DNA from: Paraspadella gotoi
Lineage: Eukaryota; Animalia; Chaetognatha
DNA: 64,000 nucleotides
Assembly (NCBI GenBank): GCA_051294375.1
Contig: CM119263.1
Span: 26,068,436-26,132,435 of the forward strand
Direction: 5' to 3'
The notes under the pieces were generated by a model, which worked only from the letters and a program-made list of their open reading frames with translations, did not search any database and had not been told where the DNA came from. Positions 55,301 to 64,000 of this stretch are shown here, piece after piece. Within the stretch, counting starts at the first letter, position 1. Each line of letters begins with the position of its first letter. A program made the translations under genes and the position numbers.

Positions 55301-56460
55301 TCTTGTTTTGGTATTTAAAGTCTGAAATTGTTTTAACTACAAGAATCATTATTTTGAAGCACAAAGTTTTCATTTAATCTAGATTATCCTGCGAAGGCAG
55401 TTTAGCAACATAATGAGATAAAAGCCAAAGAAACCCTCAACAGTAAAGTGGAGCACTTGGGAACATAAATTTTATTTGAGTGAACAAACAAGAATATTTA
55501 GATGTGAGATCATATGATTAAAGAGTACAAAAAATATTTTCCTTGTATTGTTTGGGGAACAGTATCATTAATGACAATATATTTATAGTAATATCCTTGG
55601 AAAATTTAAAAAAAACATTTTTTTAAAATTTTTATTAAAGATTCTGATTCTTCATAAAAAGTTAGATCAAAAATATAAAACATGTTATTTAAAATTTCAA
55701 TGCCTTCAGTATCAAAAATAGAAAAAAACATTAAAATATCCCATTTTTTTACGCTCTGTGGTAGAAACTACTATATGATGAAACGTTTTAGTTATTTTTC
55801 GCAACTTTACCCTAAAAATATCATAAAACATATTTTACAAAAGTTTTTCATTTTTTTTCCGGCTAATCCAAAACAGTTCTTAAAATTGAAAAAAATATGA
55901 TTTTGAAATTTTATGATTTTATAAGGATATTACTATAAAGAAAATTCAATTAAGGATACTGTTATGCAAAATTTATTTGAAAAAGGGCTTAATTATTTTT
56001 TATTACATATACAAAGGCAGCAAAAAAACATTGTTCCATCGCTCAATCTTTTCATCACTCTACCCTACTCAACAGCTCTTACTACTACAGAAAGAGTCTT
56101 GATCAATTAAGGCTCCCTGTTTGTCGTTATTTCATCCCTCTCACTCACAAATTTGCTGCAGTTGCGAAAATCCGCCTTGACGCTAAAATAGTCCCCGATC
56201 TGATTTCTCACGGGGTTGCAGGTTCCGGTGTTATCGCCGGTGTCGAAAGTGATGTTGTGCTGATACCCGTCGGTGATGTTCACCTCGATACGAAATTTCG
56301 GGTGAGTGTCGTCGTCGGGATCGTCGCATTGCATCGTCAGATTCGAGCCAACGCACTCGAGCATTCTCGTAGCCGACGCTCGAGGGGCGAGGAGTGGGAG
56401 AAGAAGAAAGGTTAAGGAGAGGAGGCGGGGAAGAGGAAGTGAATGTGGCCGCCGAGACAT
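24758..56460 (-). CDS. Paralog B: complete type I membrane protein (~1974 aa): SP, ZP-N-like, EGFs, NIDO, AMOP-like, VWD(GDPH), Ig/cadherin-like, ~11 EGF/cbEGF, SEA, EGF, TM, cytoplasmic tail
   Basis: 24 exons: 56460-56149, 54954-54777, 54643-54527, 49967-49482, 47778-47662, 47174-46972, 43451-43278, 41380-41017, 39456-39329, 39156-38965, 38904-38685, 38149-38037, 37919-37799, 34728-34576, 34497-34294, 34179-33949, 33560-33347, 33057-32876, 30346-28750, 27096-26915, 26761-26662, 26528-26364, 25004-24934, 24858-24758. Total 5925 nt (divisible by 3), all phases compatible, ends ...YDNFGIYESAPDGQPT*. TM AIIAIIVIVIIIAIILIFIAIVAIIVTI followed by KKKK. Confidence 0.9.
25032..26241. mobile_element. 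TIR element with GAG...CTC termini, interior rich in telomere-like TAACCC/GGGTTA hexamers
   Basis: TA|GAGCTCCCAGAAATATCATACATTT vs AAATGCATGGTATTTCTGGGAGCTC|TA. Confidence 0.65.
28750..30346 (-). CDS. Exon 19 of paralog B: 1.6-kb tandem EGF/calcium-binding EGF array plus start of SEA domain
   Basis: 535-aa ORF 28719-30326 with repeated DINEC...C.NT.GSF.C.C motifs; AG acceptor at 30348-30347, GT donor at 28749-28748. Confidence 0.92.
30645..32762. mobile_element. Tc1/mariner-type MITE (same family, opposite orientation, with inserts)
   Basis: CAGTGTGTCCCAAT at 30645 and ACAGTACCATTGGGA at ~32748-32762. 32300-32760 is reverse-complement homologous to parts of 12960-13970. Confidence 0.55.
33231..33320. 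repeat. Perfect 30-bp tandem repeat x3
   Basis: CAAAACTAAAGAATCTTATTGTTTGACAAC three times with no spacers. Confidence 0.95.
35560..36390 (-). mobile_element. Penelope-like hammerhead-bearing element, longest copy, abutting the assembly gap
   Basis: Reverse complement aligns with 50396-51030. Its 5' extension has a decayed frame NLARLFSC*...GRGVCITCP, loosely like the PLE RT/GIY-YIG linker. Confidence 0.65.
35611..35648 (-). ncRNA. Degenerate hammerhead motif (CUGAUAA core mutation)
   Basis: Reverse complement reads CUGAUAA-A-GACUC(GUAAUACUAA)GAGUC-GAAACAUGUA; likely inactive. Confidence 0.55.
36397..36406. other. Assembly gap (10 N)
   Basis: Run of n in the sequence, inside intron 13 of paralog B. 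Confidence 1.
36758..37702. mobile_element. Kolobok-like non-autonomous element (TTAA TSD, GG...CC termini)
   Basis: TTAA|GGCCAGGGATCACTCAAT ... ATTGAGTGATCCCGGACC|TTAA; 16/18 TIR match. Confidence 0.65.
40081..40440 (+). repeat. DINE-1/Helentron-like repeat fragment
   Basis: (GTCC)n tract, CTCGTGATTGGATGGATGGATTGG, GAAAGTGTGTGATT. Confidence 0.55.
43566..44230 (+). repeat. DINE-1/Helentron-like repeat, long copy with subrepeats and 18-bp minisatellite
   Basis: GCAGATTCCGACTCTATAA start, two TGTGGGTAGG.AAGTGTG...GTTTCGATGGAATCGTG subrepeats, AAAAAATGATGCAA units. Confidence 0.6.
44988..45021 (-). ncRNA. Minimal hammerhead ribozyme motif
   Basis: Reverse complement reads CUGAUGA-A-GGCUC(UAAAAA)GAGUC-GAAACAUGUC. 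Confidence 0.7.
45622..45655 (+). ncRNA. Minimal hammerhead ribozyme motif
   Basis: CUGAUGA-A-GGCUC(GAACAA)GAGUC-GAAACAUGUC. Confidence 0.7.
47334..47604 (+). mobile_element. Solo LTR, family 2, with tRNA-like A/B boxes
   Basis: TG...CA ends, TSD TATA. A-box at 47397, GGTTCAATCC at 47441. Confidence 0.85.
48590..48660 (+). pseudogene. Fragment of Penelope-like reverse transcriptase C-terminal region
   Basis: Translates IETSVFRKPTNTNVII, matching the PLE T.VYRKPT.T motif. Nearby minus-strand ELLYIKLKPSKN (49057-49095) resembles the PLE GIY-YIG C-terminal E..I...P.LN motif. Confidence 0.5.
50396..51160 (+). mobile_element. Penelope-like hammerhead-bearing element
   Basis: Homologous to 45201-45704 and to the reverse complement of 35560-36200 (GGGGGG.CAGCTCA.TTTGAGCTC; CCTTACCTTCACCTGTC; hammerhead). 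Short inverted repeat 51055-51160 at the 3' end. Confidence 0.7.
50959..50994 (+). ncRNA. Minimal hammerhead ribozyme motif, best-preserved copy
   Basis: AACG-CUGAUGA-A-GACUC(AAAACAUA)GAGUC-GAAACAUGUC-UGUU: stem I AACG/UGUU, stem II and core intact. Confidence 0.75.
51441..51695 (-). mobile_element. Solo LTR, family 3 (TGTGGTGGTATATTCAC...GTTGCCATA)
   Basis: 255 bp with TSD ATAT on both sides. Shares CACTGAGGGTC.G.AGCCCC and the GTTGCCATA end with the TRIM LTR. Confidence 0.85.
52459..52563 (+). repeat. Interstitial telomere-like (TTAGGG variant) array
   Basis: TTAGGG/ATTAGGG/TTAAGG units, flanked by ~39-bp direct repeats at 52387-52425 and 52646-52684. Confidence 0.7.
53110..53842 (+). mobile_element. 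Intact non-autonomous LTR retrotransposon (TRIM) with tRNA-like sequence in its LTRs, Helenus-like
   Basis: Near-identical LTRs 53110-53363 and 53587-53842 (TGTGGCAGC...GTTGC[T/C]ATA). 4-bp TSD ACAT at 53106-53109 and 53843-53846. PBS-like TGGTGAGCCC at 53366. Purine-rich PPT GGAGAAG..GGTGGGGGA before the 3' LTR. 223-bp non-coding interior. Confidence 0.9.
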
Positions 56461-56611
56461 TGCCGAGTTTTGAGGTCGAATGGGGTGGGTCAGCGTTATC
56501 GTAAGGGTTATCCGTGTCTATTTTTTCTTTCGTGAGTGTACAGACGTATGGAACGAAAAAAAAAGTTTTTGCAATTAATTGAAATAATAATTTGGTTGTC
56601 CTCGTTTAATC

Positions 56612-56647
<36 letters not shown>

Positions 56648-58483
56648 GCGATTCTAATTGTACCCTCCACGAAGTAGGAAAAAGTAGTATTTCGAATTTC
56701 ATGTTTGTCCTTATGCGCAGAATTTTCTTCAAACCATCGCAAAGGAATCATGAACGTCTAATTAAATGATACTTAAGAAAAATTGTCTCGCCTTCATGGT
56801 TCCACCGCTTAGCGAGCAGAGGTCGACAACATTTGAAAAATAATTTGCTTCTCGTCCTCTTTTAAAAGTTTTTAAAGTTGATTGAAAGGTTGGTACGGCT
56901 CTTGGTCGTTGACCTCGTTTCCTGAACAGCCCTTTAGTATATGGTATATTGTATATGGTATATGGTATATGGTATATTGAGGCGACTTACCACCGGTCCC
57001 TCTCTCTCTTAACTCTTCCTCCCTCCTCTTACTTCGTACCGGTCAATCTATATATAGATATATATCAATATATAGAATGTCGATTAGGTTGGAGTGATGA
57101 AAAGATTTAGCGATGGAACTATGCTTTTTTTGCTGCCTTTATATATATAATAAAAAAAATAAAATAATATGAGCTGCCCATAATTGGCAAATTAAACCTG
57201 GGAAAGTATGAATAGCAGCTGTGGCTAACAGTATGATTTGTTTTAAAAAAATATAGTAACCAATACAACACATCATCAACTGTATCAATTTTTTTTACCG
57301 AAAGTCAAGCGGAGGGGTGTATGCAGTTGTTCTGAATTTCCAACCTATCACATATCAACTTTATTTAAAGTAATCCGTCACTAAAGAGGTCTGTAAAAGA
57401 AATCAAACTTTTTTGTGGTATAAAAACTGGGTGAGAAACCGAATCATCTTTAACCAAAATAATCTTTTGCTTGAGGAGGGATATTTTTTTTTTGCAACGA
57501 GTTAGTCCCAACATGTTTGGAAGGCATTTTAAGAATGTTTTTAACACATTTTAATCAATAATTCGGGAATTTTAAAAACGTCAATGATTTTTATATCAAA
57601 TAGTATCAAAATTTTTTGTAATGATTGTTTTTTTTTTTATTTTTACTTCGTGTCAGTGGATTTGACTCACGGGGTCAAAGATCAAAAGACAAGGAAAAAT
57701 AAGGAGAAAAGAAAGAAAAGGAGAAAAGAAAGAAAAAACCTTCATTATGTATGACAGTAATGATGCCCTAACCTATTCCGTATTCGATTTCGCCATAAAA
57801 TCCCTAATTCCCTACACGCATTTTTCTCCCTTTGGTCCCGATCGATTTCGAATACCCTGATCAAATTCGCCACCACGGTTTATGGGTGCAAAGAAGAGAA
57901 TTTAGAGGAGGATCTAGGTTGTGCCCCCTCGATGGATTAAGATCGGCGACCTGAGAAATTGAGCACGGAGGCGACCAAAAAAATCTCGTCAAACCGGCTC
58001 TGGTTTTCTTCGCTTTAAATATTTCTTTATTTTTTTGAGGAAAATAGTAAAAACTAAGGAAGAATTAAGATATTTCGGAAGAAATTGCTCTCTCGACAGA
58101 AAGAAGTTGAGCTACTTTGGGTAGTATATTCTAAATATATTCTGAATTTAAGGGGATTGGTAGAGGAGAAAGGTTATAAATACTGTAAATTTGCTGACTA
58201 GTAAAGACGCATAAGAAATCAATCATTAGAAAGCGTGTTTAAAAAACTGTTTATTTTAGTTTCATGTTTATGAAAATGGTACAACCAATATAAAAATTAT
58301 CCATTTATTTAAAAAATAAGCTATCTTCCCCTTGACTTTTGACAGGCTTTGGTGGTTTAAGGCCTCCATCACTCTTACAAGATAATAACAAAGCAGGTCC
58401 CTGCAAGCTTTCATTCAAGACTGTCCCACAGGCTCGTTTATTCACTCACAGAGTTCCTTTCTTCCCTATCAATTAAGTGGTAT

Positions 58484-58700
58484 TATGGCAACAGCCGGGT
58501 TGCCTGTGATGCCCATTGGGATGGGGCATCTCACTGTTGGCTTTGGGGGATTCCGAACTTCAGTGACGCCTCCAGTCACTGGCGCAGAGGGAAGTCGTTA
58601 GGATGGATGGAACACAACGCCTGGGAGGGTGTTTACCCTCCGAGCCAATGGTATTGGCTGAACGATGGTGGACGTGAAGCGGTGTGAATATACCGCCAAA
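58484..58700 (-). mobile_element. Solo LTR, family 3 (internally deleted)
   Basis: Homologous to 51441-51695; TSD GTAT on both sides. Confidence 0.85.
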
Positions 58701-59815
58701 GTATAATATTTCAAAGATTACTATATTGTACTCCGCCCAGGCATCTAAATGTATATAAGAGCACTTGTTATTAAACCAATGAATCAGATAAAAACGCATA
58801 GAAACGAGAAACAACTCTAGAGCAACCACCCTCTACATGGCCAACATTCCAACTCCTATCAATCAACGAACAAAAATTGAATTCGAATTTTCGAATGCTC
58901 GAGATTTGGAAAAACTTCTTGTGACGAAACTCCTTCGCTCGCCCTCAAAAAAATCAAGAATGAACTTTCCCTCTCAAAGATTCGCGTTTAAGTAGTTTCC
59001 AAATTTAGAACGCCGCCTCCGCGGTTACTAACGTCGTCTTCATCGTCGTTGTCGGCGTCATTGATCGACCGCGGGGCCTCTAGATATCCTGGATCGATCA
59101 AACCGGCGAAACCAGTTTTTTTTTTTTTTTGTTTTTAATTCGTTGTAGAATTGGAAAATTATTTTATTTTCGTCTCGAAGTGAAGGGCGTTAACCGAAAT
59201 TGGCCAGGCGTGACGCAAGACGCTTTCGTAGGTGGCGCGCGTCATCGGCGGTTGAGTTGAGATGATGTTTAGTTAATATTTAGTTAATATTTCAGTTATC
59301 TATCAATCGTGTCAGTTTTCCGTACTAACGTACGCAGTCAGTGATCATAACTATCAGAGATTTCGAATTGACAAAATTACTCTCCCTTCCACCCACCCCC
59401 TTTCTCTCTCTCTTTTTTCTATTTCTATATATTTCCGGAATTCTGGAATTCCAGTTTAGAAATAATTGCCAACATGAAACGTCAAATAACTCGGTACCAA
59501 TAACCTCGTATATGAAAATCACAGAAGTTTTACATACAATTTACATTTTCTAACAGTTTTTAAATTATAACACACATGACTCAAATAAAAAAAAATAACC
59601 AGTGGATTCTGTTTAATAACCCGAAAAAATTTAAAATACGAGGAAAGTTTAAAATTGTTGCGGAAAAAATATTCTCATTGCAAAACTATTCATTTCATTA
59701 CTTTCTCCACCGACCCAGCTTTTATGACTCGTCGCAGTTTAACAACGCGCTCTCTCACTCTCTCACTCTCTCACTCTCTCTCTCTCTCTCTTTCTTTTTC
59801 TCTCTCCCAGCCCCT

Positions 59816-63704
<3,889 letters not shown>

Positions 63705-63801
63705 CTGCGAAGGTGAGAAGATAAAAGCGTTACAAATCGATTTGCAAAGCAGCAATTGGTTGTAACTAGGAGTTAAGGAAGTAAAGGCAAAAGTATTAAT
63801 G

Positions 63802-64000
63802 CGTTGCGGTATATTCACACCGCCTCACATCCACCATCGTTCAGCCATTCCACAGTCCTAGTGACTTCCTTCCCTTTGCGTTGGCAAAGCGAGACCGTCC
63901 TAGGGTAACCGCGCCAGTGACTGAAAGAGTCACTGAGGGCCGGAAGCCCCCAAAGCCTGTGATGCCTGTGATGACCCATCCCAATGGGCATCACAGGTAA
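63802..64000 (+). mobile_element. LTR, family 3, truncated by the window end
   Basis: Matches the reverse complement of 51441-51695 (GGTATATTCACACCGCCTCAC...CCCAATGGGCATCACAGG). Confidence 0.8.

Overview
AT-rich, intron-containing animal (invertebrate-like) genomic DNA; the species cannot be identified from the sequence. The window holds a head-to-tail tandem array of three paralogous minus-strand genes for large MUC4/SUSD2/'mucin-like protein'-related surface proteins. Copy B is complete: 24 coding exons assembled by hand from GT-AG sites, 56460->24758, about 1974 aa. Its architecture is signal peptide, ZP-N-like domain, EGFs, NIDO, degenerate AMOP, VWD with GDPH, Ig/cadherin-like domain, about 11 EGF/cbEGF repeats, SEA with GS-hydrophobic motif, EGF, TM and a short Tyr-motif tail. 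Copy A has exons 1-18 and probably runs off the left edge; only the 3' eight exons of copy C are present. Introns of A and B are full of small non-autonomous mobile elements. The most notable are (i) four different ~255-bp LTR families carrying a tRNA-like A-box/B-box cassette, including one intact 733-bp TRIM with PBS, PPT and 4-bp TSD (Helenus-like), and (ii) Penelope-like remnants with six minimal hammerhead ribozyme motifs, several in inverted repeats. Also present are TIR MITEs, DINE-1/Helentron-like repeats, microsatellites and one 10-N gap. All domain and family assignments come from motif recognition by eye, not database searches.
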